Shown: positions 1 to 13,162, numbered from the whole stretch's first letter. The stretch: DNA of 59,123 bases, filler included, from Sphacelaria rigidula (GCA_964200075.2; 9 parts of 9 records of this genome joined end to end with filler, not necessarily neighbours in it), one strand, 5' to 3'. Notes: generated by a model not told the origin, from the letters alone. Program-made: numbers and translations.

Positions 1-73
1 CTGATGCACCCACATACACCGAGAGGTGTAGACTGGTGCCCAGAATAAATGGGACGACAACACACACACACAC
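1..73 (+). repeat. 3' end of an interspersed repeat ending in (CA)n; same family as 43254-43322
   Basis: ctgatgcacccacatacaccgagaggtgtagactggtgcccagaataaatgggacgacaacacaca aligns with ctggtgcgcccacgtataccgcgaggtgtagaccggcgtccagcatagatgggacgacaactcaca in contig 7. Confidence 0.75.
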
Positions 74-3000
74 ATGGGTGTTTTAGATGACCTGCCATGC
101 CACACTCGCGGTGCGCTTGTATTTGGTCAAAAACGATGCCAAGCAGTATAAATTAACGTTATATATTCATAACAAGCTCGTTTAAACAACCGTTGCTCCT
201 TTCAACGACGATTCGACTTGGAACTTCGTGCAAGAAGTGGCCCAACCCCCCCCCCTATCGTAGGATGACTCTCAACAGGGAAGTGTCCTTCCCCGAACGC
301 CCTAAAGTTTGGTGCGCGCGCTGCTGACACTAGAGCAAGAATAACAATCGCTGTTTCGACACTCAGCTCGTCACCGTCCGAAATTTAAGCCCCAACATTG
401 AGGGGGGGGGGGGGGCACGGCAAATGTGAGGGATTTCTGAGCTCAATGTACAGAAATTCGATTTTCCGGTCGAGCTTCGAGAGTCACGGCCAATAAATGA
501 AACAGGGAGCAAATCGATCAAATAGAGGCCGTCACTATCGGTGATTTGTTGCTGTCATTCTTCTGATTACATGGATGCGGATCTTCACTTCGGGAATCCA
601 GCCAAGCGATCCCGTTTCTAGAAAAAGATTGATGGAAACACCGATACTGCCGACCTTCGACTGGTGTATCCGCTCATTTCCTTACATGTCAGACCGTAAA
701 CACTCAAACTTCGAATGAAATATCGCCGAAGACAGCTGTCGACCTCTTCGGCCGGGACCAGCGCGTACCGTTTGCCGCAAAGAACGACGCCCGACAACTT
801 TCTTCCATTTCCACACCGAAACCTGCACAGGAGAATATCCCTAAATTTCGATTCACGAAAACAAAATCCGTGACAGTGTATTTCGACACTCGCCCTCTGT
901 AGCCGAAGGGCTTTGCACGTGACTGGCGTTACACGTGACCTTTTCTCGTGTCCATGTTCCTGAACCGGTTCTCAGATGTTCACGTGACATACATACATAC
1001 ATACCGAAGATGATCATGCGATACTTCTGTCCGTTTCAGAGGTGGTCACGTGAGAGACTTGCTTCTGCTGTCTGGCGTCTGGGTCAAAGATGGCCATGTG
1101 CGAGTGGGAGCCTTTTACTGTAATGTAAACTTCTATCTGGGAGTTGGACGTCCATCGACTATATCCATATCCCAGGTGGAGATCCATCTGGGGTGTAGAT
1201 GTCGATCCGAGATGATCATTATGGAGATTCATCTGAGATATGGATATCCCGGAGGGAAATCCACACCCAAGATGGATATACCCCATATGGACCTGACATG
1301 CCAGATGGACGGCCATTTCCCAGATGGGGGTTGCACGATAACACAACACCATGTGAAAAATTCCCCTACACGTGAAAAGCCTAGGTGAAACAATCGTATG
1401 CATATCTTGCGTGCGCGAGTGGCGCGTTTCGTCTGCACCTAACAATGTTTCCGTGAGATCGAGAGCAGCGGATACGGTTGAGAGAGAAAAGCGGCCAATA
1501 AGTGAATGAATCGTTTCAGTTCCGAAATGCTCCTCCACGAGGCCCATTGTGCTTTCTGTAGTAGCTTTCCACTGAGGCCCTTGATATCCCCGAGTAGGAT
1601 ATCGATGGGTAGGTGTAAGCACACGCCAGTGATAGAGGTGAAGAAAAGGACACACGGAATGAAATATTGGCTGAGTTTAAGCGAAATGATCAAAGCCACT
1701 CTCCATTGGTGCTCTACTCTCAATCTCACGAAGACGTTAGTACCTACTATTTGTCGAATCTTCGTCCGAAACGCCTGGAGGGGCCCACCTCGCAAGGAGC
1801 CCACAAACATGTCTGTCGAGTTTTGCTGACATTTATAGGGTCCATTACGATACTGAGAACGGCCTGTCATCATGCCTCTTTATTGTTATCGCGTCAGAGT
1901 CGCCTACCGGTGAAGTTCAGCGAGAACATGCTGTAGTTTCGTGTGCGCCCGTTGCATCTTAGCCTTAGAATATACACTCAACTCTCGCCTTTTGTTACGG
2001 GCGTGAGGAACGGAATGCGTTTATGTCGCTGCGTGTGTTGTACCATACAGCTTGCGCTCCCGCATGCGTGTACGTTTTCAAGCTGAATCCGGAGCGCGTG
2101 CGATTGACCTCTTCGAGCAAGAATGGGGTAACCCTTGAGCAACAAGTATACACACATCCGTGAGGGAAGACGAGATAGTAAATATGTTTTTGTATGTAAG
2201 GAGGGGAGAATCGTAAGTAAACGTATGTAGAGAGGGATTTCGGGATAGTACACCTATGTGTGTAAAATATGTGTTTATATCGCGGGGGCTGAATCAATCA
2301 CATGGACGGATAGCGTACCGATCACTTTCTTTGTCGAACGACCATAAAAACACCCGCCAGTGGGTAAAATATTAGGCGAGGAAAATCTTGCCACCCGGGT
2401 GATGCTACTGCACATATCTCGTCCTCAACCATTACTGTGTTACGAGCGTAGCAACTGGCAGTCGACCACGGGCCTTGGATGTATCATTTGATTTTTTTGT
2501 ATATAACGGCGGCGCTGAACCATGAGCCCCAACTCAAATCCGATAGGGATCAGAACAGCCCATATACACAATGAAATCATCACGTACGAGTAGCGGCGAA
2601 AAGAAGGGCGAGGTAATCACCCGACGGTAGACTGACATAGCAATGGCTTCGTCTAGCGCATCCCCTTAACCCGACCAGCTGGCGGAGGCAGCGTACGTAT
2701 GGGGGGTGACGTGACGGCCATCTTACGATCAGCTCGTAACGGTCGCCAGTAGCTACCCTTCGCGCGCCCGAGAATTGTTTCCGCTTCTAACCCTGCGTTC
2801 GATGCATCGTCTTGGCTCACGGAAGTCAAGAGATGGACTCGCTTCAGGCCGACGTGACTACTGACGAGAAGCGTGCTTCGGCTGGCCGTCAAGGTTATTC
2901 TGCCTAGTGCGGCCAGCAGATGATCAGCAGTGACAGTCCATGTGACCACGGGCTATGAAGGGGTCCACGGTCAGGTTATCCTTGTTGTACTGCGTTACAG

Positions 3001-3134
3001 AAATCTTGTAGAATGCCCTGCCGCCAACCAGGTGGCGGGAGTTTTTCATTGTCTGTGAATCCACGGGCTGCACTGCAACTGTGTCTTGCAAAGCCGTGTT
3101 CAGTAGGGCACACCGGCTAAAATTCGAGTATTTA

Positions 3135-3590
3135 CATGAAACAGCCGGTCATCGAAATTGAGGATGGAGCTCTTCATTGAGGATGAGAACCCCCGGAGAA
3201 CTAAAGTCTTCGTATCCACACCAATTTATCAAAATATAGATCCATTCCTTCACCTACTGGTAGAGTTTGATAACTACCACACGCCCTACAAATCTGCATT
3301 TCGATAACCGAAATGTTGGGGTCCTAGATGAAGAAAATGTTTTGGGGAATTTAGGTGATCCGATCGGATCGCCGAAATTCCCCGGAACTGTTTTTTCACC
3401 TAGGACCCCAACATTTCGGTTATCGAAATTCCAATTTGTATGGCGTGTAGTACTCGTCAATAGCTACCAGTAGGTGAAGGAATAGCACCATATTTCGAAG
3501 GTTCGGTGTGGATACGAAGGTTTGAATCCTCCGGGTGCTCATCCTCAATGAAAATCTCCATCGTCAGTCTCGATGTTTGGCTGCTATCAG
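3135..3590. mobile_element. Foldback (fully palindromic) MITE-like element, family A, copy 1
   Basis: ~220-bp inverted arms meet at gatccgatcggatc (~3357-3370); the mirror ORFs 3254..3460 and 3267..3473 are a by-product; TA at both outer edges. Confidence 0.85.
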
Positions 3591-4323
3591 TACAAATTAA
3601 AAATTTCATCGGCAAATGTCTTTCCGAACCATACTGGAGTGTTTGGAACTAGGCTGGGTACCCCGACGAAAGATGCCGGAGTGTTCAGGACACGTTCCGC
3701 TATGGTTTGTCATGTCAGCCAAAAACCTAAACTTATGGCTATACCCTACACTAGACAACCTTGGTGTTTCGAATGGCACATACGTACTCACATGCATACA
3801 CACTGATTTTCTCGCGTACCGCAATACTTCCTGGCGATCTCCTGTGACATCGGTCATTATCCGCTAACAATCACCCTCGAACAGGCTCTTTGGCTGTCGA
3901 TGGACCACGGTTGCTAGAAGCTCAAGCCTTTGACGGCGACGCACATTCAATTTGAGTCACGGTATGCCACCTTACGCGAGACGTGTCGTGGCGTGGGATC
4001 CCATGTGCGAATCCTGCTGCGGTAAAGAGATGTAACCAAGTCGCACTCAAACCGTCACCGGAATTAGGTGACACGTAACCCACCGCGTTTTTTTTAACGG
4101 TTGCCTTTTTTCCTACCCGGGCCAACAAAAGGGCGACACAATTTGTGCGTGTTGTTTTCTGCGGCCGCATCGGCAGCCAACAGCAGACGTATCAGCCAAG
4201 CATCAGGATGAAGGTTGAGGCCTTCGACCGACAGGCTGTTTATTTGTTGTTGTTGTAGGGGAGTCGTTGGCACTTGAACAGTTCATCCCAAACCGAGATT
4301 CCCACTCTCGGTCAAAAGGTTGA

Positions 4324-4442
4324 CCCTTTGACCGTCAGGGTAGCAAAAGGGTGGCAATCTGTCAAATAGGCATAACTTTCGGTTTCCGTTCAGTCCTGAA
4401 TGATGCCGCTTCAACAGACAGCCTAGCCCGGCGGTCAAAGGG
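4324..4442. mobile_element. piggyBac-like MITE (119 bp)
   Basis: TIRs ccctttgaccg...cggtcaaaggg; flanked by ttga (left) and ttaa (right); CCC...GGG ends with a TTAA target are typical of piggyBac. Confidence 0.65.
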
Positions 4443-4837
4443 TTAAACGTCACCTTCCGTAGGAGCGAGCGTTGGGGGAGCAATTTTCCCCGTAATATTG
4501 AGAAAGATTGCTCTTCTTCGCAATCGCGCTTCCAATTTTCCTTTTTCCTTTTTCTTTGTTATACTGGTCATGTATCGAGAAAAATGTAACTTGTGGAAAA
4601 GTGCCTTTTTTACCCTTCTCCGTCGTTTTTGCCCTGAGAAGAGGGCTCAGCGGATGTTGACACCTCAGCGGATGTTGACACCTCAGACCGTTCCAAAGCA
4701 CCGTTATGTTTTCCTTACGTCACAGTGTAGTGGGTGAGGACCGCACCGTAGCTCGAAACACCTCAGTATCGACGTTTTCCAAAACCAATCGGGCCAGTCC
4801 CTGCAGGTACCACGACCTTGATCCCAACACCCAACAC

Positions 4838-4860
4838 TAACCCTAACCCTAACCCTAACC
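4838..4860. repeat. Interstitial telomere-like (CCCTAA)n tract
   Basis: ctaaccctaaccctaaccctaacc. Confidence 0.85.
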
Positions 4861-5740
4861 ATAGGGATGTTCAGCTTCCGACGCGGTCCTCCAAGCACGC
4901 GGTCCTCTCAAGCATTACAGTACAACAGTTTCGTTCTTGGCCAAAAATCAGACAGTACAGTTATGGGTAGGAATTGCAGGTTTTCGGTACTGTATCCATG
5001 GAAAGTGCAAGCTGAACGCTACATGCGTCAGATGTGGCCGGTAATCCAACGAGTCTTACGTACAGTATCAACGGAAAATACAAGCGTCACCTACAGAAGA
5101 TTATAACGCATACCGTGGATACTGTAATGTATTGCGATCACTCCAGCGTGTAGTGTTCTCAAAGCCCTAAAAAGAAAACAAACGTTACCGTCTGCGCAGA
5201 TATAGGATAAAATAACTCGCACTGCTTTTCTTTTTGCATCTATTACAATCGCTGCACCCGGGTGGTTGAAGAGTCATGGCAGGAGACTTCAGTCGTGGGG
5301 GCCATGAGGTCCACTTCCGACGGATAGAGTGTGCTAAACCATCTACTCATATGTGTACAAATTGTTCGTTTCCGGTACATGCTTACTCCTCAGACGTTAC
5401 ATGCCTCAACACACAGTTGTGGGTGTTGGGGAGGGCTGGCACGGTTGTCGAAAACACAAAGAAGAGCAGTGCGAGTTATTTGATCCTGCATCTGCGCAGA
5501 TCGTAACGTTTATTTCGTTTAGGGCTTTGTGAATAAAACACGCTGCAGTCATCGCTATGCATACAGTACAGTATCCACCGAATGCGTTCTAGTCTGTATT
5601 GCGAACAATGTTTGCGATAGTATAATACTTCCGTACTGACTGTCTGAGGGGTATTTACCATTACCAAAAACAACCCATCTGTAAATACAAAAGCAGGTGG
5701 GTTGCCTGCCTGCCAAGCGTGTACGATGAGTTGAAGGGCT

Positions 5741-5780
5741 GTGTGTGTATGTGTGTGTGTATGTGTGTGTATGTGTGTGT
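5741..5780. repeat. (GT)n / GTGTGTAT microsatellite
   Basis: direct inspection. Confidence 0.9.
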
Positions 5781-5900
5781 GGCTTATAGTACTATGCGTG
5801 TACATGTCGTGGTATGTTCGCATTATGATGCTTCGTCTCTATTGGGGGTGGTGGGTGAATTCAAAAATGTGTTCGTTTTTAGACTGGCGGATCTGCTTAA

Positions 5901-5997
5901 CCTCTAGACCGCGAGGGAATTAGTCCATCTGGACTATACTTTCTTCGAGTGAAATTGATGCCGATTCAAGAGATTATTAAGTTTCGCCGTGTAAGGG
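5901..5997. mobile_element. piggyBac-like MITE (97 bp)
   Basis: TTAA|cctctagaccgcga ... tcgccgtgtaaggg|TTAA; a related left end ttaacccttagaccgcgagg lies at ~19613-19632. Confidence 0.65.
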
Positions 5998-6481
5998 TTA
6001 AACGCAGTATGGAACTGGTTCTATGGTACAGGCAGATATACGCCGGCCGGAAATGAAGTATATTTCTAGTACATTTATTCAAGTCTGGGAGTGGGCGCTG
6101 TTGAGTTGATTTTGTTCCTCCGGAAAGCTCGCTCCACATCAGTTGATGGACAATCTTGTTGCACTAACAAGTGTCCTGCCTTTGTCTTTACCAATCGGGG
6201 AGCACACGCCCCCGAGCTGCCACCCCACGTTTACCGTCATTGCGAAGATGACAGGACAAGAGCACGAACAGCAGCTGTTGTGGCCGCTACACACCAACGT
6301 AACTGCAGTGAATTTGAACAATTTGAACGCCGTGGCTCTGCGGGCCTAGGCATACATGGTGCGCAGTCTGAAATCAAAATCTCTCGTCGCGCCTTGGCTT
6401 CTCCGTGTGAGAAGTAGCAGCAGCAGCAGCAGCAGCAGCAGTATCAGCAGCATATTTATTGCCAGTAAATGTACGTGGCTG

Positions 6482-6581
6482 NNNNNNNNNNNNNNNNNNN
6501 NNNNNNNNNNNNNNNNNNNNNNNNNTTAATTAATTAANNNNNNNNNNNNNNNNNNNNNNNNNNNNNNNNNNNNNNNNNNNN
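6482..6581. other. Artificial contig linker 1 (44N-TTAATTAATTAA-44N)
   Basis: identical 100-bp spacer with stop codons in all six frames. Confidence 0.98.
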
Positions 6582-9446
6582 GTAATATTTCACACATCAT
6601 TGCCAGTAAAGATATATATCGATGAAAACATCACCCAGTACATTGTTTCCAGCAATGGATATGGACAAATATATGTTGCAGTCATTGTTCTTCACAATGG
6701 ATATCAATATGATCATCACCGTAGCTATTAGTGCAGCAATAGACCATTACCATGTCTATTGTCCAGGGTGTGGTAAATTTCCACTAGATGCCTAAAGTTG
6801 ATATCGAAGACAGCACATTCCGGGTCTCCATAAGACATGTTGGTATGTGCTACACTTGGGAGCATCGTAGTCGCAGTATATGTTCACATCATCGAGGTGG
6901 AGTGGGTTCATGCCGAGATATGTACGACACGAGGTTGCTCCCCGATAATGTTTCATCATGCGTGGCGATGGATATAGCGACGTGTAGCTAGCCACACATC
7001 TTGTAAAAACGAAGTCGTTGTTGCGACAATTAAGGCCGAACACGAAATATGCGAGAGATATTGGTATCATGATGTACATTTCTGTACACCGCAAGCCGTC
7101 GACATCGTGTAGGGACCAACATATGTCGAAGATGCTTCAGGAAGTGCATGATGGAGGTGTGATGCACCTAGTAATACATCCTCGAACCTGTTTGCAGATC
7201 TGGCGAGAAAACAATATTGACCACCATCATTGGATTTCAACCGGGGAGGTTACCCACCGGAATATCAACGGCCATTGCATAGACCACGACAACGTTTACC
7301 CTGTTTGCAGATCCGGTGAAGAAAATGTTCGCAACAGCTTGCTCAAACGTAAGGGATCGGAACACGTATGATGCTCCAAGTTAGCTCCAGTTTGAGTAGA
7401 AGTGAGGAGGTCACGTACTGTAGTTGGAAGTCCGACGCAGCTTACCGTTGTGCGTATTTGGCGAGTACTTCTGAGTACTGTTTTGGGGGTTGATGTATAC
7501 GTGCCTGTTATACTTCCTCATCACATCATCCTTGAACCGGCACCAACATGTTGGACCAACGTCCGCTAGAAGGACGAAGACATCTCTCAACCTGACTGGA
7601 AACATGGCGGACGAATAACTTGCTATACCTTACATTCAAGTGAGGTATACCACTTCACCACCGACGACAACTGCAACAACCGCCGTATCTACGAACCTGT
7701 CAGCAGCTATGGCTGGCACAAACATCGCCTTTGTCTATTTTCGAGTCGGTATACTGTACACTAGTGTTCGGATTTCGTCCAATTTCGGCGCAGGATTTCA
7801 AAACCCATAACATGCGTGCTGCCATGCTCGAAGAAGTATCTCGGCACTTGGGCAGCGAAAAACCACCGAGCCTGGAGGTTAGGCTCAGCCCTGGATAAAA
7901 TATTTTTCCTCGAGGCTAGTATAGTCACCGTGCTCGTCGACTTCTGGTTTGATCTCTACAGTCAACAGTCAGCACTGGATTAAAATACAAAACAAAATGT
8001 GCAAGGGGGTGTTACCTCACGTGAGCGTGCGGAACTGTCAGAAGAGGGGTGCCTGAAAACCTTGCCTTTGTCATTGCACCACGAATAGGGCGACGGGCAT
8101 AAATCTACTGGTGGCGTCAGCAGCACCTTCTGTTCGAACTTGAAACGTCCCTGTCCACCGGCAACCGATGTCGGGGGCTGCCGGCCGCATCGCTGTTCCG
8201 CGATAAATACACCACCGTGATGGTAAAGGAGCCTTCCCCTGGTTTCGTATTGCACATATCATTCGTGATACGACCAGGACAATTCACTATACGACTATGG
8301 TTGAAATTTGTGAAACCATCCACGGCACACAAGGCCGGCGTACGAATGAGGGAATTCGCCGTGTGCTCAGCTGACCGGAAACGGCGAATATTACATGGCG
8401 CGGAATTTCACGGAATTTCGGAGATGGGTGGCGTCCGATGAGCCAACAGTTACCGGGGATCGGATAGTTGACCATGCGTAGCATTTATTCGCGCGGATGC
8501 CAGGTCGCGGGTATCAGATGCATCAGCGTCGACCATTGGCGGTTTGTGCAAAAGCTGAAATTTGGTAACGATATGATTCGACGCATGACCAGCGAAATCT
8601 CGTTCACGGCTACGAAATTCATCAAGAAAGTAAAATTCTCACAAATGTGCTCGAATGGTCAGGAATAAAGTGCGAATAACCGGGAATGGTCATGCCTGCG
8701 TGGTCGATTGTAATATTTCTCCGAAGAAAAGAAAAAAACTGAATATGTCAAACATTGTGTCCTACTACGGAGAGGTGATAGCTCCGCCGTGTAATACATC
8801 AACAAGTGGCGGGGGATACAACGAACCGAGGGCAGGAGCACTTGCACCGTATTCCGGGTACTCGGGGTAGCTAGCGCATGGTATTTCGAAGCCAAACGAG
8901 TCTTTGGTGCACTAAATGATGAAGCAGACGGTATCCCACGTTGGTCGAGAACTTTTATCGCCACTGATTTGATTGCCTTGCGTCCCAGTGTCTCATGGTA
9001 TAAGCAGATAATCGGGGATCAGGGGCAACAGCTTCATTCTATAATTTTGAACTGGTGTTCCCTGGGATAACTTCTCCTACAGTAGTCAGCGTCAGAAGTA
9101 TGCAGAATTCGTAACTTCTTCGTTTCTCAGAAAAATTCCAAGCTTATTTCGCTTGCCACCGCTCAGCACAGTGGCTGTTGGATACCAAAAGATATGGGCA
9201 TCTGAAGATGTTTCAATCCTTTTGACGAATATTTACAGAAAAAATATCTGCGATCAATATTGAGTGTCTTACGGGCTTGACCGATCTTCTGGGGTCCTGC
9301 GAAAGTGCAACCCCAGGTTATGGTTCTTCCGTTGTTTCGGTTGACCGACTCGATACCGATCATATCAATGAACACTATAAAATGATTACTTTTTTTAAAT
9401 TCCACCTGGTCACTGCGCTAAAGCCGGAAAACCATGTTTCTTTACG

Positions 9447-9901
9447 GTCAATAACACCCTCCTGATGAACGGGGTCTTTACTCCGTATCGACCCCGCAAC
9501 ACCAACTTGGGCATTAGGATTTGAGCACGATCTGCTTGCTTTGCCAAAACTATCGAAGCTAGCACTTTCGAGTGCTCATGGGAAATATTACGCGACAAAA
9601 CCTTCGAAAAGAGGCCATCTGCAGAAATTGCTAGACTGGGGTCTGCGCAGCATAGGAGGGAAACACGATCTCGATCGTTTTTGTGAAGAAATTTATACGT
9701 ATTCGTTTATCTGAATATTCATCGTTTCGTTCCGGAAGAGCCGAAAAACTGCTTTCAGTGGACCAAAACAGTCAGTAACACCCTCCTGATAAACGGGGGT
9801 ATCTAGTCCGTATCGCCCCAATAACACCAAGTTGGGCACTGCACTTTGAGCGCCGCCTGCGCGTTCCGCCTGAATCTACCGGCGCTAGCACTTTCAAGTG
9901 G
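9447..9901. repeat. Diverged direct repeat pair (~130 bp; 9447-9575 and 9771-9901)
   Basis: gtcaataacaccctcctgatgaacgggg...gctagcactttcgagtg vs gtcagtaacaccctcctgataaacgggg...gctagcactttcaagtg. Confidence 0.75.
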
Positions 9902-10734
9902 TAGTGAAGAATAGTACCCGAGAAAAACGCAAAAACTACAACTACGGATTCTGCAAACATCTGATGCTGACTGCTATACCTCACTGAACTGAGCTGAATT
10001 CACGTGAGTAGTCATTTGTTCGAGATAACGAATGCTGGACATGACCTAGAATGGTCAGTGCATGACATGCCTTTGTCTGTGATACAGAACATTGAAGCGA
10101 CGATCAGCTAATGCGCTGAGAGCAGACCCGTGAATATGCGTGCGGAATGCCGATCTGAACGGCCAGTCAGTTTCTGGTGTGAGAGCAGGGAGTACAATTG
10201 TGAAACGACCGAAGGACTGGAGTACTGTTCCGTAGTGCCGCGGAATCAGCATCGTTTCCCCATCCACCCGCCGTGTGCTTTCGAAGGGTGTCATGGAGTT
10301 AGCTGGGGCGTTCCGACGTTGAGCGAGCAGCATTGTAACACTACGAATTGACGTGAACGGAATAGGACACGAATCTGGAGTTCGGAAGTTGACGTACTGT
10401 TTCATGTGCACACGCTGACGGATGCCTCCATGATAACTGTAACGTGGCGACTCGAAGGGCGAGTCGCAACAGTTTCATCTGAAGAAAGCCATCACATGCC
10501 TCCAGAATGCGAATAGGGGTCAAGTTCCACAGAACGCTGATGATTCGGAGGGTGTACGCGTAGAAAGCAATGCAGTGCGACAGCTGCAATCTCTCGCGAC
10601 ACCGCGGAGTTGGTCACTGCACGGGCAAGTAGGGGGACGGGGGGTCACATCAGAGCAGCGACACACTTCGCCCTCTCTCATCCCACGCCCTCTCATTCGG
10701 CTTCCAAGTGTCAACTAAGATGTTGTTATCCTTA

Positions 10735-10942
10735 CTTCCACCGCCTCCAGTTCCAAGGGACGAATCCGTGTCCCCGAGGGATTAACCCATCCCTCTCCGT
10801 CGGCAGAGGGGAGGAGGGGGGCGTACTCACGACTAAGGCGAGCAACAAATGAGTACGCCCCCCCCCCTCTCCCTCGGCACTTGCCTTACATTTCCGTATC
10901 GCGGATTGGATTATGATGAAACTCTCCCACACTGCATCGACT
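10735..10942 (-). mobile_element. Partial tRNA-derived SINE (family S), interrupted by a 66-bp mini-element
   Basis: shares gggacgaatccgtg...aacccat...tcgcggattggat with 21033-21116 and (reverse) with 33325-33410. Confidence 0.6.
10805..10870. mobile_element. 66-bp TIR mini-element with a putative 8-bp TSD
   Basis: TIRs agagggg..ggggcgtactca / tgagtacgcccccccccctct; flanks ccgtcggc / ccctcggc; the same end motif occurs at ~32735, 32904-32960, ~44905 and 45886-45950. Confidence 0.6.
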
Positions 10943-13062
10943 GTAGTTTAACAGACTCTAAACGCTCGTCACTCTGCCCTTCGCATATGTCGTGCAATTC
11001 AATTTTTCGCAAAATCGGCCGCGTTCGCTGCGGGTTGTACCTCTCCGAGAAGAAATCGGGGTCATGTGTGCGGAGTACAGCCTGAAATCCCACAACACTC
11101 GTCACCATGTGTAAAATTACGAAAATACCAGGGCTCACTTCGCTTTCCCCCCCCCCTCGTGGTATATTTACCTTGGCACAACCACAGCAGTTCGTGAACA
11201 GGACGTTACAATAATGGATGACAAATACCACTTTTCACCCAAACCGTTACCAAGCAAATGACGTACTCCGATTCCAATCCAAGCCCTTACCGTGCGACTC
11301 ACATGCTGCGGTTCCCGTCCAAACAATACACGCACAAAAAGTACTATTCCTGTGGTTTCTCATCACCATCTCAACAAATACCACAGACATGTTGCGCCGA
11401 ACTGCTGTACAGGAAAGCAATGAATAATTGCAAGTGTCAGTCAATATCACATCACCACCAGTGGTGAACGTCTGCAATCTCTCGTGAACTGGCCGAACTT
11501 TCAATGCCCGCCAAACCACTTCTGATTTTTTGTTTTTCCCCTTCTGGATGACGTTTTCCTCCACTTTTTCTTATATTGTCAAGGACCCAGCCGTTTTTCA
11601 GTTGGTGGATACGCACGTACTGAAGCATGACCACATTATAATACGCACAAGAAAACACACGCGACCGGAGGTAAGTCAGCACTTCGGGTTCCTGTCTTGA
11701 AGAGAATGACCATGTCTTCCACGGTTTCGGGTCACTGAACAAGTGCTTGATATTACTGGGTGTAGCTCTGGATTCACTTTGTCATCTTTCTTCTTTTGGC
11801 TGGGACAGACTGCCTGTGTTCAGTAGGCTAAGCATACAAACAACAAGTGCAAAAACGATTCCGTAATGTCTCAGTGTAAGCTACAGTCGTGGGTTGCCAC
11901 ACGATGAAGAAAATACACGTTAAAATAAGATAACGTACATTATCGCGGTGGCTGCTTCCTGCACCAATGGGTACCAGGGTGATTAGTCACCATCCAACCC
12001 TTACCGTGCACTACCGTGGTGGTTAGATACGGCGGTAAGTGCCACCAACCTCAAAAGGTCATGGAGAAGTAAACCTCGGAAAACACAGTGGTGATGAAAA
12101 GCTCACTACCGTACCGACAAGCGAACGGTAGATGCAATGCCAGTCAATGGTTCGCGGGCATTGAAGGGGTCAACACCCGCCTAACCCTTTTGGGCCCCAC
12201 GTCGTGTTAGTACTACATGAAGGAAGGGCTGTCAGTGTGTTTTTTGCATCTCCCCGTGATGCTAAACCAATCACATCAGTACAGCGGGTGGAGTAATGAA
12301 GCGGCAAGCGACCACAAACGGGCAGCTGATATTTAGTTCATACGCGACGAGTATGCCTTGGGGGGAACATGCCCCATATAATGATCAAGTAATGCCACGC
12401 GGAGAGGCAAACAAGCATGCCCTGAACAGAATCATCATTTATCAGACCGTGTACTGCGTACAGCATCGATTACCACGTCTATTGCAATAGACAACAGATC
12501 CCACACTACAGGCAGTACACTTTTTACAATGTCATATTCCATCATTACCCAGACTGTGCAAACAAGACACGGATGTTGTATCGGGATTTGAGCCCTTCAG
12601 GGGTATATCTCACTTGATGTGTACTCACAAAACACTTCGAAATTTGCTGAACACTTTATTTAGATTTTCACATGGAGGCTGCGACCTGCGGAAATCCCCG
12701 GCAAAGCGGGCTACCCCTTCGTAGACACAAGTAAGACTATATGTGCCAACTCTGACAAGCAGTTGACAGATCACATGGAACGAGCGAACGCGACCGCTGG
12801 AACGCTCAGCAATGACAGAAGCTGCCACTCGTGCCGCCGGTAGCGAGGTGATTGGGAGCAGTAGGCCGCCAGTAACCACTGCTCACAAAACTATGATGGT
12901 GTGCACCTGGCTTCCAATGATACATCCGCCCCACATTCACTGTAGTGTAGTGTACCGTATGCTCGTTCTTCGACACCACCCCCCAAGACACGTCGTTGCT
13001 GCCATGATTTGTTTGCTGGGAGATACGTCTGTCGGTGAAGGGGTAGATACAGATGGGCATAT

Positions 13063-13162
13063 NNNNNNNNNNNNNNNNNNNNNNNNNNNNNNNNNNNNNN
13101 NNNNNNTTAATTAATTAANNNNNNNNNNNNNNNNNNNNNNNNNNNNNNNNNNNNNNNNNNNN
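13063..13162. other. Artificial contig linker 2
   Basis: 44N-TTAATTAATTAA-44N. Confidence 0.98.

Noticed and set aside
1014..2297. Minus-strand ORFs as a gene or TE remnant
   Set aside because: No recognisable motif; may be a decayed TE but cannot be supported without a search.
3254..3473. Mirror-image small proteins (also 30601-30801)
   Set aside because: Artefact of translating a palindromic element.
4646..4686. 18-bp tandem duplication (also 17 bp at ~31969-32004)
   Set aside because: Ordinary two-copy slippage duplications with no further structure.
6526..6537. TTAATTAATTAA recurring every ~6580 bp as a periodic biological signal
   Set aside because: Always centred in N runs; an assembly linker with six-frame stops.
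6582..7620. Possible decayed coding sequence (also 13163-14550, 42049-42960, 43940-44507)
   Set aside because: Coding-like composition but fragmented frames and no identifiable domain.
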